Of a stretch of DNA of 64,000 nucleotides, positions 1 to 9,570 are shown in pieces. Below the pieces are notes generated by a model. That model ran no database searches. It had not been told where the DNA came from and was given only the letters and a program-made list of their open reading frames with translations. The stretch is from positions 281-64,280 of the forward strand of contig DASXJR010000062.1 of NCBI GenBank assembly GCA_036497285.1, written 5' to 3'. Every line of letters begins with the position of its first letter. Positions within the stretch are counted from its first letter, which is position 1. Source of the stretch: Jatrophihabitans sp. Lineage in GTDB: Bacteria > Actinomycetota > Actinomycetes > Mycobacteriales > Jatrophihabitantaceae. A program made the position numbers and the translations under genes.

Positions 1-61
1 AGCGGTGTTTCGCATGTTCCCAAACGGGCCGGATCTCACACGTTCCGGCCGCGGCCGGCGC

Positions 62-751
62 TCAGCCACCGGCTGGATGCGAGGCGTCCTCGAACTCGCG
101 GAAGAGCCCGGTGACGACGAAGGCGACCTGCTCGCCGATGTCGACCGCGTTGTCGGCGGTGCGCTCGATCGCCCGCGCCGCCAGCATCATCGTCATCGCC
201 CATTCGCGCCGGTCGGCGTCGTCGCCGATCTCCAACGCCAGCCGGAAGCAGTCGCGGTTGAGGTCGTCGACGACGTCGTCCTGGCGGACCAGGTCGCGCG
301 CCATCTCGACGTCGCGCTGCTCGAAGGCGTGCTTGGCCTGGCTCAGCATCGCCCGCGTCTGCCGTCCCATCCGCAGGATCAGAGCGACCATCTCCTCGTC
401 CGCCGGCGGCTCGTTGCCGGAGATCGGGATCACCTTGCAGATGTTCACGCACTGGTCGCCCATACGCTCGATGTTCTTCAGCACGTGCAGCAGCGAGGCG
501 ATCAGCCGCAGGTCCGTCGCCACCGGCGACTGCGTGGCCAGGAGCGTGATCAGCGACTGGTGGACCTCCAGGTAGCGGCCGTCGATGCGGTCGTCGTCGG
601 CGATCACCAGCTGCGCCAGCTCGACGTCCTGGTGCTCGATCGCCTCGAGCGTTTTGGCCAGCGACGAGCTGACCAGGTCGAGGCCGCCGAGCGCGCTCGT
701 CTCGAGACTGTCCAGTTCCTCTTGGTATTCGACCCGCACCGCCTCAGGCAT
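62..751 (-). CDS. phoU: PhoU phosphate-uptake regulator
   Basis: 229-aa ORF with duplicated PhoU helical repeats (VIADDDRIDG..., ...IERTADNAVDIGEQV). Last gene of the co-directional pst cluster. Confidence 0.9.
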   Translation of the reverse strand: MPEAVRVEYQEELDSLETSALGGLDLVSSSLAKTLEAIEHQDVELAQLVIADDDRIDGRYLEVHQSLITLLATQSPVATDLRLIASLLHVLKNIERMGDQCVNICKVIPISGNEPPADEEMVALILRMGRQTRAMLSQAKHAFEQRDVEMARDLVRQDDVVDDLNRDCFRLALEIGDDADRREWAMTMMLAARAIERTADNAVDIGEQVAFVVTGLFREFEDASHPAGG

Positions 752-766
752 CTCCCAGCCCCCTTC

Positions 767-1216
767 TTACCCGAAACGCCCGCTGACGTAGTCCTCGGTC
801 GCTTTCTCCGTCGGTTTGGTGAAGATCGTCTCGGTCGCCCCGATCTCGACCAGCCGCCCCGGCTTGCCCGACTCCTCGAGGTTGAAGAAGGCCGTGTTGT
901 CGGAGGCGCGCGCCGCCTGCTGCATGTTGTGGGTGACGATCGCGATCGTGTACTCCTTCTTCAGCTCCGCGATCAGGTCCTCGATCGCCAGCGTGGCGAC
1001 CGGCTGCTGCTGCGCGATCAGCTGGAAGGTGCGCTCCTCGAGATCGGTGCGCAACGCGTCGATGCGCCGGTCATCGGCGATTACCTGCTCGGCCAAGACG
1101 AGATTCGCATCGAGCAGCGCCTGCGTGCCGCGCTCCATCGCGACCGCTACGAGATGCGTCATCTCGAGGATGCGCTTGCCGATGTCGTCGAGTTCGTCGT
1201 GGTAGATGTCCCGCAT
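767..1216 (-). CDS. Chimeric 149-aa ORF: PhoU-like N-terminal half (aa 1-74) fused in frame to the C-terminal third of a PstB-type ABC ATPase (aa 75-149). Probable deletion/recombination remnant.
   Basis: aa 1-74 ([11 protein letters not shown]...[11 protein letters not shown]...AQQQPVA) look like a canonical PhoU N-terminus. aa 75-149 ([29 protein letters not shown]...EDYVSGRFG) align at about 70% identity with the last 75 aa of the adjacent PstB and have the H-loop only, no Walker A/B. GGGAG lies 7 nt upstream of the ATG. Confidence 0.7.
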   Translation of the reverse strand: MRDIYHDELDDIGKRILEMTHLVAVAMERGTQALLDANLVLAEQVIADDRRIDALRTDLEERTFQLIAQQQPVATLAIEDLIAELKKEYTIAIVTHNMQQAARASDNTAFFNLEESGKPGRLVEIGATETIFTKPTEKATEDYVSGRFG

Positions 1217-1234
1217 TCGCCAGCTCCCTGCGTA

Positions 1235-2011
1235 TCAGCCGAACCGGCCCGAGATGTAGTCCTCGGTCCGCTTGTCAGTCGGATTGGAAAAGATCTTTTC
1301 GGTCTCGTCCATCTCGACGAGCTGACCGGGTTTACCCACACCGGCAAGATTGAAGAACGCGGTGCGTTCGGACACGCGCGCCGCCTGCTGCATGTTGTGG
1401 GTGACGATCACGATGGTGAACTGCTGCTTGAGTTCCTGGATCAGGTCCTCGATGGCCAGCGTAGAGATCGGGTCGAGCGCCGAGCACGGCTCGTCCATCA
1501 GCAGCACCTGCGGCTCGACCGCAATGGCGCGCGCGATGCACAGCCGCTGCTGCTGACCGCCGGACAGGCCGGCACCCGGTTTGTCGAGTCGGTTGCGTAC
1601 TTCCTCCCACAGGTTCGCGCCGCGCAGCGCCTTTTCGACCACGTTGTCGAGTTCGCCGCGTGAGTACTTGCCCGTGAGCTTCAGCCCGGCCGCCACGTTG
1701 TCGTAGATCGACATGGTGGGGAACGGGTTCGGCCGCTGGAACACCATGCCGATCGTGCGGCGCACGTTGACCGGGTCGACGGCGCCGTCGTAGATGTTGT
1801 CGCCGTCCAGCAGCACATCGCCCTCGACACGAGCGCCTGAGATGACCTCGTGCATGCGGTTGAGCGTGCGCAGCACGGTGGACTTGCCGCAACCGGACGG
1901 GCCGATGAATGCGGTCACCGCGCGGGGCTCGACCGTGAAGTTCACTTCACTGACGGCGAGGAACTTTCCGTAGTAGATGTTGAGATTCTTTGCATCGATG
2001 CGCTTGGCCAC
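1235..2011 (-). CDS. pstB: Phosphate ABC transporter ATP-binding protein PstB
   Basis: 258 aa. Walker [10 protein letters not shown], signature LSGGQQQRL, Walker B LLMDEP, typical PstB C-terminus EDYISGRFG. Confidence 0.95.
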   Translation of the reverse strand: MAKRIDAKNLNIYYGKFLAVSEVNFTVEPRAVTAFIGPSGCGKSTVLRTLNRMHEVISGARVEGDVLLDGDNIYDGAVDPVNVRRTIGMVFQRPNPFPTMSIYDNVAAGLKLTGKYSRGELDNVVEKALRGANLWEEVRNRLDKPGAGLSGGQQQRLCIARAIAVEPQVLLMDEPCSALDPISTLAIEDLIQELKQQFTIVIVTHNMQQAARVSERTAFFNLAGVGKPGQLVEMDETEKIFSNPTDKRTEDYISGRFG

Positions 2012-2018
2012 GGCGTCC

Positions 2019-2984
2019 CTACTTCGCGAGCTTGTTACGGCGCCCGATCAGGCGCGCGATGATGGTGAGAACGAGCACGATCAGGATGAGGGTCAAGGCC
2101 GCCCCCCACATCCGCGCGACCGCATAGTTGGCCGCTCCACCGGCGATCCGCTGACCGGTCACCGGGTCGAGGTGATAGCTCGGGCCGGAGGCCGTGAGAC
2201 CGGCGTCGCTGAACTGGCTCCGGATCAGGGTCGGCAGTGCGCCCTGCGCACCACTGAACGGGTCCGAGTTCAGGCTGTCCGAGTAGCTCACCAGGATCAG
2301 CAGCGGCGCGGTCTCGCCGGCGACGCGGGCGATACCGAGCACCACGCCGGTCACGAGGCCACTGAACGCCGTCGGCACGACCACCTTCATGATCGTCTTC
2401 CACTTCGGCACACCGAGCGCGTACGACGCCTCGCGCAGCTCGTTCGGGACGAGCTTGAGGATCTCCTCGGTGGTGCGCACGATGACAGGAACCATCAGGA
2501 TGATCAGGGCCAACGAGATCAGCCATCCGGACAGGCTCACCCCGAAGGTCTCGACCACAAGCGCGTAGATGAACAGGCCGGCGACGATCGACGGGATTCC
2601 GGTCATGATGTCGACCATGAAGGTCGTCACCTTCGCGAATGGGCCACGACCGTACTCGACGAGGTAGATCCCGACGAGGACGGCGACCGGGACCGAGATG
2701 ACGGTGCAGATCGCGACCTGCTCGAGCGTGCCGACGACGGCGTGCAACGCGCCGCCGCCCGGGTCGGTGTAGGTGATGTTGCGCATCGTGCCCGTCCACC
2801 ACGAGGCGTGCACCACGGTGCTGAGACCGCTGCCGATGACCGTCCAGAGCACCCAGACGAGCGGGATCAGCGCGACGACGAACGAGACCCACACCAGAAC
2901 GGTGGCGGTGTTGTTCTTGAACTTCCGGCCACCGCTGGCCCTGGTCAGGCTGCTGGTCGGACGGCTCGCGACGGCGGTGCTCAT
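2019..2984 (-). CDS. pstA: Phosphate ABC transporter permease PstA
   Basis: 321-aa polytopic membrane ORF with an EAA-type loop ([16 protein letters not shown]), between pstC and pstB. Confidence 0.9.
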   Translation of the reverse strand: MSTAVASRPTSSLTRASGGRKFKNNTATVLVWVSFVVALIPLVWVLWTVIGSGLSTVVHASWWTGTMRNITYTDPGGGALHAVVGTLEQVAICTVISVPVAVLVGIYLVEYGRGPFAKVTTFMVDIMTGIPSIVAGLFIYALVVETFGVSLSGWLISLALIILMVPVIVRTTEEILKLVPNELREASYALGVPKWKTIMKVVVPTAFSGLVTGVVLGIARVAGETAPLLILVSYSDSLNSDPFSGAQGALPTLIRSQFSDAGLTASGPSYHLDPVTGQRIAGGAANYAVARMWGAALTLILIVLVLTIIARLIGRRNKLAK

Positions 2985-4114
2985 TCGACGAAGTCCTTTC
3001 GGCGGTTCACGACGAATCTCGCGATCCCGTTGACGACGAAGGTCAACACGAACAGCACCAGACCCGCGGCGATGTACGGCCCCGGGTGTGTACCGAACTC
3101 GCCGGAACCCGCGGCGATCTTCGCTGCGATCGTCTGGCCGCCGCTGAACAGCGAGAAGTTGAACTTGCTCACCGAGGACAGGATGAGCAGCACGGCGATC
3201 GTCTCACCGAGGGCGCGACCGAGACCGAGCATCGCGCCGCTGACCACGCCCGGACGTCCGTACGGCAACACGGCCATGCGGATCATCTCCCACCGAGTGG
3301 CACCGAGCGCGAGCGCGGCTTCCTTGTTCGCCGTCGGAGTGCGGTCGAAGACGTCGCGGCTGATCGCGGTGATGATCGGAAGGATCATGATTGCCAGCAC
3401 GATGCCCGCGTCGAACACGGTGCCGACGTCGATGTTCTGGTTCGAGAAGATTCCGAGCCCGATGTGCGACAGGGCGTGCTGCAGGCCCGTCAGATGTGGC
3501 GCGAGAACGCGGAATCCCCAGACGCCGTAGATGATCGAGGGGATAGCGGCGAGCAGATCGACAGTGTTCGCTACCGGCCGCGCGAGCCGCTTGGGCGCGT
3601 ACTGCGTGATGAACAACGCGATCCCGATCGCCAGCGGAACGGCGAGGATCAGCGCCACGATCGAGCTCAGCACCGTCGTGTAGAGCAGGCCGGCGACACC
3701 GAACCGGAGCACCCCGCTGCGCGTGATCGTCCACTGTGTGGAGGTCAGGAAGCTCGCCTTGTCTTCGGCGAGCGACGGCACTGCCTTGATCACCAGGAAC
3801 GCCCCCACGAGCACGACGATCAGTACGACGAAACCGGAGGCGCCGGTGGTGAGCGAGGCGAACACACTGTCACCGAACTTGCTGGACGAAGCGTGGATCG
3901 AGCCACCGCCCGCTGCGCTGTCCGCGCCAGGGCCCGCGTCCGCGGCAATCGTCGCTTCAGCGCCGGTGATTTCGTCGGTAGTAGCTCCGAGCGATGCGGT
4001 CGGATCAGTCGTCGGCGCCGCGGTCGGGTCCGGGTCCGGGCGTTCGGGAATGTTGTTCACCGTCGTGTCGGCCTCACGGGTTTCGAGCCTCGGGTCGGTC
4101 CGTCGATCAGCCAT
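2981..4114 (-). CDS. pstC: Phosphate ABC transporter permease PstC, with about 85 aa of low-complexity N-terminal extension
   Basis: 377-aa ORF. Permease core with EAALALGATRWEMI. 4-nt overlap with the pstA start. The N-terminal Pro/Asp/Thr/Ala-rich region has no counterpart in typical PstC, so the true start is uncertain. Confidence 0.85.
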   Translation of the reverse strand: MADRRTDPRLETREADTTVNNIPERPDPDPTAAPTTDPTASLGATTDEITGAEATIAADAGPGADSAAGGGSIHASSSKFGDSVFASLTTGASGFVVLIVVLVGAFLVIKAVPSLAEDKASFLTSTQWTITRSGVLRFGVAGLLYTTVLSSIVALILAVPLAIGIALFITQYAPKRLARPVANTVDLLAAIPSIIYGVWGFRVLAPHLTGLQHALSHIGLGIFSNQNIDVGTVFDAGIVLAIMILPIITAISRDVFDRTPTANKEAALALGATRWEMIRMAVLPYGRPGVVSGAMLGLGRALGETIAVLLILSSVSKFNFSLFSGGQTIAAKIAAGSGEFGTHPGPYIAAGLVLFVLTFVVNGIARFVVNRRKDFVE

Positions 4115-4221
4115 GAAAATCGTGCCCTTCTCACTGCGGCACTCGAAGTGGAGTGCCCGTCGGCCGCCAACGGATGGGCCGGCGGCCGACGGGACTTTCC
4201 GCGAACCGTGCTGCTTGCTGA

Positions 4222-5370
4222 CTAGCTGACCTTGGCGATCGACGCCTTGACCTTCGCAGCCAGCGCAGTCGGGATCGGCGCGTAGCCGAGACCCGGCAGG
4301 ATGCTCTGACCAGAACCCACCGTGTAGTTCAAGAAGTCCTTCACGAAGGTCCCGGTCGCCGTATCCGAGTACTTGGTGCAGACGATCTCGTAGGTCACGA
4401 GCACCAGTGGGTAGGCGCCCGGCGTGTTCTGGCCGTAGTCGATCGACAGGCTGAGGTCGTCGCCCGTGCCCACGACCTTCGCGGTTGAGACCGCCTTGCT
4501 CGCGGTGTCCTTGGACAGCTGCACCGGGCCGCTGCCGCTGTCGATGGCGGCGTAGGGCAGCTGCGCCTTGACGGCGTACGAGTACTCCATGTAGCCGACG
4601 CCGCCGGAGGTCTGCGTGACCGAGTCGGCCACACCCTGCGACCCGTTCTCGCCCTGGCCCGCGAAGTGGGCATCACTCGAGACCTTGTTGGGCTCGCTGG
4701 TGAAGTCCTTCGGCGCCGCAGCCTTGAGGTAGCTCTCGAAGTTGAACGTGGTACCCGAGTCGTCCGACCGGTAGAACGGCTTGATCGCAGTGGACGGCAG
4801 GTTCACGCCCTTGTTGAGCGCCGCGATCGCCGGGTCGTTCCACGTCTTGATCTTGCCGAGGAACATCTGGGCAATCGTCGACGCGTTCAGCGTCAGGTTG
4901 TTCACGCCGCTCAGGTTGTAGGCGATCGCGACCGGCCCGACAACCATCGGCAGGTCGAGCGCGGGGCTGCCGCAGGCCTTGGTGGCAGGCGGCATTTCCT
5001 CCTTGGGGTCCAACGCGGCGTCCGAGCCGGCGAAGTCGGCCTTCTTGTCGGTGAACGCCGAGATGCCGTCACCGGAGCCGATCGAGTCATAGTTGATCTT
5101 GGCACCGCTGCAGGCCTGTTGATAGGCCTTGCGCCAGGCGTCCATCGCGTTGGTCTGCGCGGTCGATCCGGAGCCGTTGAGCGTGCCGGTCGTGCAGCTG
5201 ATGCCGCTGGCACCGCCCGTGGAGCCGGACGCGCTCGACGACGTCGGCGCCGGAGCCGACGTGTTCCCCCCACTGCCGCCGCCGCTCGAGCTGCACGCGC
5301 TGAGCGCGAGTGCGCCCGCGGCCAGCAGCGCCGTGAGCGCCGCGGCGCTGTTCAGGCGATTTCGCCCCAC
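4222..5370 (-). CDS. pstS: Phosphate-binding lipoprotein PstS
   Basis: 382 aa. Signal peptide with lipobox LALSAC, Ser/Gly-rich linker, PBP fold motifs (GSGSTAQ, SDDSGTT). First gene of the pst operon. Confidence 0.9.
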   Translation of the reverse strand: MGRNRLNSAAALTALLAAGALALSACSSSGGGSGGNTSAPAPTSSSASGSTGGASGISCTTGTLNGSGSTAQTNAMDAWRKAYQQACSGAKINYDSIGSGDGISAFTDKKADFAGSDAALDPKEEMPPATKACGSPALDLPMVVGPVAIAYNLSGVNNLTLNASTIAQMFLGKIKTWNDPAIAALNKGVNLPSTAIKPFYRSDDSGTTFNFESYLKAAAPKDFTSEPNKVSSDAHFAGQGENGSQGVADSVTQTSGGVGYMEYSYAVKAQLPYAAIDSGSGPVQLSKDTASKAVSTAKVVGTGDDLSLSIDYGQNTPGAYPLVLVTYEIVCTKYSDTATGTFVKDFLNYTVGSGQSILPGLGYAPIPTALAAKVKASIAKVS

Positions 5371-5432
5371 TGGTTCACCATCCTTGATGTGATCTGTCGT
5401 GACCCGACCGACGCTAGGAGTGGATTCCGACC

Positions 5433-5465
5433 AGTTCCTGACCTGTGAATGAACTCAAGATGAAC
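5433..5465 (-). promoter_or_regulatory. Candidate PHO box (three 11-nt direct repeat units) upstream of pstS
   Basis: Minus-strand reading GTTCATCTTGA GTTCATTCACA GGTCAGGAACT, 62-95 nt upstream of the pstS GTG. Plus strand contains CCTGTGAA. Resembles actinobacterial PhoP/PhoR direct-repeat sites. Confidence 0.4.
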
Positions 5466-5541
5466 GGGCTGTCATGTCCGGGAGGCGGTCTCTCAGCGAG
5501 TAGACTCACGCGTTACTGATCGGTGCTCAATAGGGAGTGCA

Positions 5542-7254
5542 ATGGCCGACTTCGACGTGATCGTCATCGGATCCGGGTTCGGCGGCAGCGTCACCGCGCT
5601 GCGACTGTCCGAGAAGGGGTACCGCGTCGGCGTGCTCGAGGCCGGGCGCCGCTTCACCGACGCAACCCTGCCGAAGAACTCCTGGCACCTGCGCGATTTC
5701 GTCTGGGCTCCGAAACTCGGCTGCACCGGCATCCAGCGCATTCACCTGCTCAAGGACTGCGTGATCCTTGCCGGTGCCGGCGTCGGCGGGGGCTCGCTGA
5801 ACTATGCGAACACGCTTTACGAGCCGCCGCAGCCGTTCTACGACGACCCGCAGTGGGCTCACATCACCGACTGGCGTGCGGAACTGGCGCCGCACTACGA
5901 GCAGGCCAAGCGGATGCTCGGCGTCGTCACCTATCCGGGCGACACACCCAGTGACCGGGAGATGCAACGGCTGGCCGAGAAGTTCGGGGTCGCGCACACG
6001 TTCCGCAAGACCCCGGTCGGTGTGTTCTTCGGCCGCGACGGCGAACTCGAACCGGGCAAAACGGTGGCCGATCCCTACTTCGGCGGTGCCGGGCCGGAGC
6101 GCACCGGCTGCACCGACTGCGGCGAGTGCATGACCGGCTGTCGGCACGGCGCCAAGAACACGCTCGTCAAGAACTACCTGGCCCTCGCCGAGCGCGCCGG
6201 CGCGGTGGTGCACCCGCTGACGACGGTCACCGGAGTCCGTCCGATCGACGGCGGCTACGCGGTCGACACGGTGCGCACGGGCAAGCTGGTCACGCGGCGT
6301 CCCGACCGCACGTTCACCGCAGAGCACGTCGTGTTCAGCGCGGGCACCTATAACACCCAGAAGCTGCTGCACCGCTTACGCGCCACCACGCTGCCGAAGA
6401 TCTCTGCGCGGCTGGGCTACTTGACCCGCACCAACTCCGAGTCGTTGCTCGGCGTGCGCATCGACAAGCCGACCGAGGACTACACCAAGGGCGTGGCAAT
6501 CACGTCGTCCTGGCACCCCGACGAGAACACCCACATCGAGCCCGTCCGCTACGGCAAGGGCAGCAATGCCATGGGACTGCTCAACACGATCATGACCGAC
6601 GGTGGCACCCGACGGAATCGCTGGTGGCAGTTCCTGATCGCGATGCTGCGCAAGCCGTCTCTGGTGCGATTGCTCGTGCCGCGGAAGTGGTCCGAGCGCG
6701 TGATCATCCTGCTGGTGATGCAGTCGCTGAACAACTCGATCACCGTACTGCGCAGGCGCACCCGGCTCGGGTTCAGCAAGCTGACCAGTGTCCAGGGCGA
6801 GGGTGAACCGAACCCGACGTGGATCCCGGTGGCCAACCAGGCCGCGAAGCAACTTGCCGAGAACGTGGACGGCACCCCCGGGGGCACCTGGGGCGACCTG
6901 ATGAACATCCCGATGACCGCGCACTTCATCGGCGGATGCCCGATCGGCGACTCCGCGCGAACGGGCGTGATCGACCCGTACCACCGGCTCTACGGCTACG
7001 ACGGGTTGCACGTCGTCGACGGGTCGACCTTGTCGGCCAACCTCGGCGTCAACCCGTCCCTGTCGATCACCGCGCAGGCCGAGCGCGCCGCGGCACTGTG
7101 GCCGAACAAGGGCGAGGCCGATCAACGGCCCTTGATCGGGGCGTCGTACCGCCGCCTCGAGCCGATCGCGCCGCGATCACCGGCCGTACCGGCACACGCC
7201 CCGGCCGCCCTGCGCACGGTGCCGCTGGGCACGCCGCAGGTGCGGTCCGCCTGA
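5542..7254 (+). CDS. choD: GMC-family FAD oxidoreductase, cholesterol-oxidase (ChoD)-like
   Basis: 570 aa. N-terminal FAD fold DVIVIGSGFGGSVTALRLSEKGYRVGVLEAGRRF, then GAGVGGGSLNYANT. C-terminal GMC motifs. GGGAG RBS upstream. Confidence 0.8.
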   Translation: MADFDVIVIGSGFGGSVTALRLSEKGYRVGVLEAGRRFTDATLPKNSWHLRDFVWAPKLGCTGIQRIHLLKDCVILAGAGVGGGSLNYANTLYEPPQPFYDDPQWAHITDWRAELAPHYEQAKRMLGVVTYPGDTPSDREMQRLAEKFGVAHTFRKTPVGVFFGRDGELEPGKTVADPYFGGAGPERTGCTDCGECMTGCRHGAKNTLVKNYLALAERAGAVVHPLTTVTGVRPIDGGYAVDTVRTGKLVTRRPDRTFTAEHVVFSAGTYNTQKLLHRLRATTLPKISARLGYLTRTNSESLLGVRIDKPTEDYTKGVAITSSWHPDENTHIEPVRYGKGSNAMGLLNTIMTDGGTRRNRWWQFLIAMLRKPSLVRLLVPRKWSERVIILLVMQSLNNSITVLRRRTRLGFSKLTSVQGEGEPNPTWIPVANQAAKQLAENVDGTPGGTWGDLMNIPMTAHFIGGCPIGDSARTGVIDPYHRLYGYDGLHVVDGSTLSANLGVNPSLSITAQAERAAALWPNKGEADQRPLIGASYRRLEPIAPRSPAVPAHAPAALRTVPLGTPQVRSA

Positions 7255-7374
7255 ATTCGCGCGGTTTGCGCATCCTCGTGCCGACTACCTCGTTCTAGAC
7301 GGTGAGCGCCCGCCGTGCGGGTGCCTGACGTGTTGTTCCGACCGGGGGACGGACGTCACCGAACGAGGAGAGCC

Positions 7375-8922
7375 ATGTTGGCCGAGCAACGCCGTCGCAG
7401 GTCCCGCACCGTCCGTGCCGTCACCGCCGCCACCGTGCTGACCGTGGCCGCCGGGTCTGCCCTCCTGTGCACCGCGGCGCCGGCCTCGGCCTCCGCCGTC
7501 AACGCCCAGGCCGTAGGTCGGTTCCTGGACGGGTCGCTGGGCGGCAAGCCGCTGCAGCAAGTCGTGGACCTGCACGACGCAAGGGCGACCTATCCCGGCA
7601 CGACCTCGGCGCAGAACCCGCTCGACGTCACGCTGTTCGGCCAGGCCGACGTCCCGCTCTCGGGCAAGCTGCAGGCGCCGGGCAACAACGTCTTCCATGC
7701 CGGCGTCGCGAACCAGATCGCCATTGCCCGCGCCAACGGTCACGCGCTCGGTGCGGCCGGCGCCGTCGCGAACCAGGGTGGCGCCGCGCTCGGCGGCCAG
7801 CACGGCTACCCGTCCGACGCGACGCTGAACCTTTCCGCTGCGGCGTTCCCGTCCACGCCGCTGCCGATCCCCGGCGCCGGCGGTGCGGCCGCGCTCGGCG
7901 GGCTCACTGCGACGATCGGTGCGGTCTCGGCCCGGGCGGCCACGCCCGCCGGGTTCGGCCACGGCGCGACCACGCACTACGGCATCGCCGGGCTCAAGCT
8001 CACCCTCGCCTCGCCGGCGCTGGCCGGGGTGCTCAAGCAGCTGGCCGACGCGTTGGACACGCCGGCACCACCCTCGTCGCCGCTGCCGGTGCCGAAGGAG
8101 CCGACCGCGTGCAAGTTCAAGGGCCAGGCGCTGGCGCCGATCTCGATCGCGAGCGGCGCGATCTCGATCGAGCCGACCACCGGCGCTCTGACGATCGACG
8201 TCGCCGCATTGCTGCACGTGCTCGGCGCCGACCTGAACAACCTGCCGGCCAACACCGACCTGCTGGCTTACGTGACGAACTACCTCGCCAACGGCTTCGG
8301 TGCGGGGCTGCAGAAGGCGCTGGTCCACTCCTTCGCAGACCAGAAGCAGAACTTCGCCGACTGCCTCACCGCGCTCTCGAAGAACTTCCCGCCGCAGCTC
8401 CAGGACGCTGTCGCCCAGCTCATGGCCGCGGTGCAGCAGGGTCAGGACCAGCTCACCGCGGCGCTGCACCAGGTCACGTCCAAGCTCGGCGGTGGCACCA
8501 ACCCGTTCCAACCGCTGGTGGACGGGCTCAAGCAGGCGTTGCAGGTCGGAGTCAACGTGCAGCCCACCGGCGTGCCCGGCACGTACCGCAGCCCGCTTCG
8601 CGCTACGCCGGACCAGGCCACGCCCGCCGTCGCGGGCCAGACCGTGGTGCGCGCGCTCGAGATCGATCTCGGCGGTGGGCAGATCAGCCTGGCGCTCGCG
8701 AACGCTGCGGCCGGCCCGTCCAATGCCCCGGCCGCGCCGCCTGCACCGCAGCCCACGCCGGCCGTGGTCAAGCACAACCACATCGTCCCGACCGGGGTGC
8801 CCGCGGGGCAGGGTCCGATCGGTGGCGGCGGGCCTGACCGTCCGCTGGTGCTCCTCGTGATCGGCCTTGCGCTCGCGCTCGCCGGCGGCGCCGTGTACCG
8901 GTTCCGCCCGCGCGGTCACTGA
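7375..8922 (+). CDS. Secreted surface protein with N-terminal signal peptide and C-terminal TM anchor, function unknown
   Basis: AGGAG RBS before the ATG at 7375. Arg-rich n-region plus AAPASASA cleavage-like site. Pro-rich stalk, hydrophobic helix LVLLVIGLALALAGGAV and basic tail RFRPRGH at the C-terminus. Confidence 0.6.
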   Translation: MLAEQRRRRSRTVRAVTAATVLTVAAGSALLCTAAPASASAVNAQAVGRFLDGSLGGKPLQQVVDLHDARATYPGTTSAQNPLDVTLFGQADVPLSGKLQAPGNNVFHAGVANQIAIARANGHALGAAGAVANQGGAALGGQHGYPSDATLNLSAAAFPSTPLPIPGAGGAAALGGLTATIGAVSARAATPAGFGHGATTHYGIAGLKLTLASPALAGVLKQLADALDTPAPPSSPLPVPKEPTACKFKGQALAPISIASGAISIEPTTGALTIDVAALLHVLGADLNNLPANTDLLAYVTNYLANGFGAGLQKALVHSFADQKQNFADCLTALSKNFPPQLQDAVAQLMAAVQQGQDQLTAALHQVTSKLGGGTNPFQPLVDGLKQALQVGVNVQPTGVPGTYRSPLRATPDQATPAVAGQTVVRALEIDLGGGQISLALANAAAGPSNAPAAPPAPQPTPAVVKHNHIVPTGVPAGQGPIGGGGPDRPLVLLVIGLALALAGGAVYRFRPRGH

Positions 8923-9017
8923 TAACCAGGTTTCTTTACTTCCTCGGCAACTATTAGTACGTAGCAGTCGCTGCACGGGGTATCTGAGGGATACGCTCGA
9001 TTCGAGGAGGCGGGCAT

Positions 9018-9560
9018 ATGTCGGGGGACGCCCAGAATCGGCTGTCTACGCGCATCGCGGACGTGTGGGGCCATTTCGCGCCGGAGATCCTGTGCGTTTC
9101 GATCGTCGGCGCGATCATCGTCGGACTGCGCCCGCCCGACAGTCCGGTGATGCTCACGCTGCCGCTCGCATTGATGCTGGTCGTGCTGGTCAGTTGGATA
9201 CTGATGCGCCGCCACGACCGTCGGTTGTGTGAGCAGTGCATGGCTGCGATGCCGCTCAACGCCGCCGAGCAGTCCGCCAAGTACGGGCGGCGGTTCTGGA
9301 TGGCGCATACCGGCTCCGAGCCGCGGTTCCTGATCCCCTACCTGGCCGTGCTCATCGGCTCGAACTTCTTCCCTGGCACGTGGGGCCGCATCGTGTGGGC
9401 ACTCGTCCAGCTCACGATGGTCTACCTGATCATGAGCCACGTGGCGCACCGCCGCTTCCAGCCGTGGTGCCCGTGGTGCCGCGACGGTGGCGGCGGCAGC
9501 GAGCGTGACGACGACGTGGCACCGCCGCCGCTCCCCGACCACGACCGCGAACTGGTCTGA
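9018..9560 (+). CDS. Integral membrane protein with two CxxC motifs, unknown function
   Basis: 180 aa. AGGAGG RBS. About 4 TM helices. CEQC and CPWC motifs. Confidence 0.55.
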   Translation: MSGDAQNRLSTRIADVWGHFAPEILCVSIVGAIIVGLRPPDSPVMLTLPLALMLVVLVSWILMRRHDRRLCEQCMAAMPLNAAEQSAKYGRRFWMAHTGSEPRFLIPYLAVLIGSNFFPGTWGRIVWALVQLTMVYLIMSHVAHRRFQPWCPWCRDGGGGSERDDDVAPPPLPDHDRELV

Positions 9561-9570
9561 CCTACCTGCG

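Noticed and set aside
5-1663. 552-aa plus-strand ORF spanning phoU, the chimeric ORF and pstB. Similar very long ORFs: 7285-8976(-), 17486-18778(-), 25910-27400(-), 54256-55395(+), 58464-61277(+), 48772-49524(-).
   Set aside because: These are Arg/Ala/Gly/Pro-rich shadow ORFs lying antisense to genes with clear family motifs. This is an expected artefact of about 70% GC (few stop codons in the antisense frame), and none shows a recognisable domain.
2981-4114. About 85-aa Pro/Asp/Thr/Ala-rich N-terminal extension of PstC as a novel domain.
   Set aside because: It may simply reflect an over-extended ORF call. There is no way to fix the start from sequence alone, and low-complexity sequence in a GC-rich frame is weak evidence.
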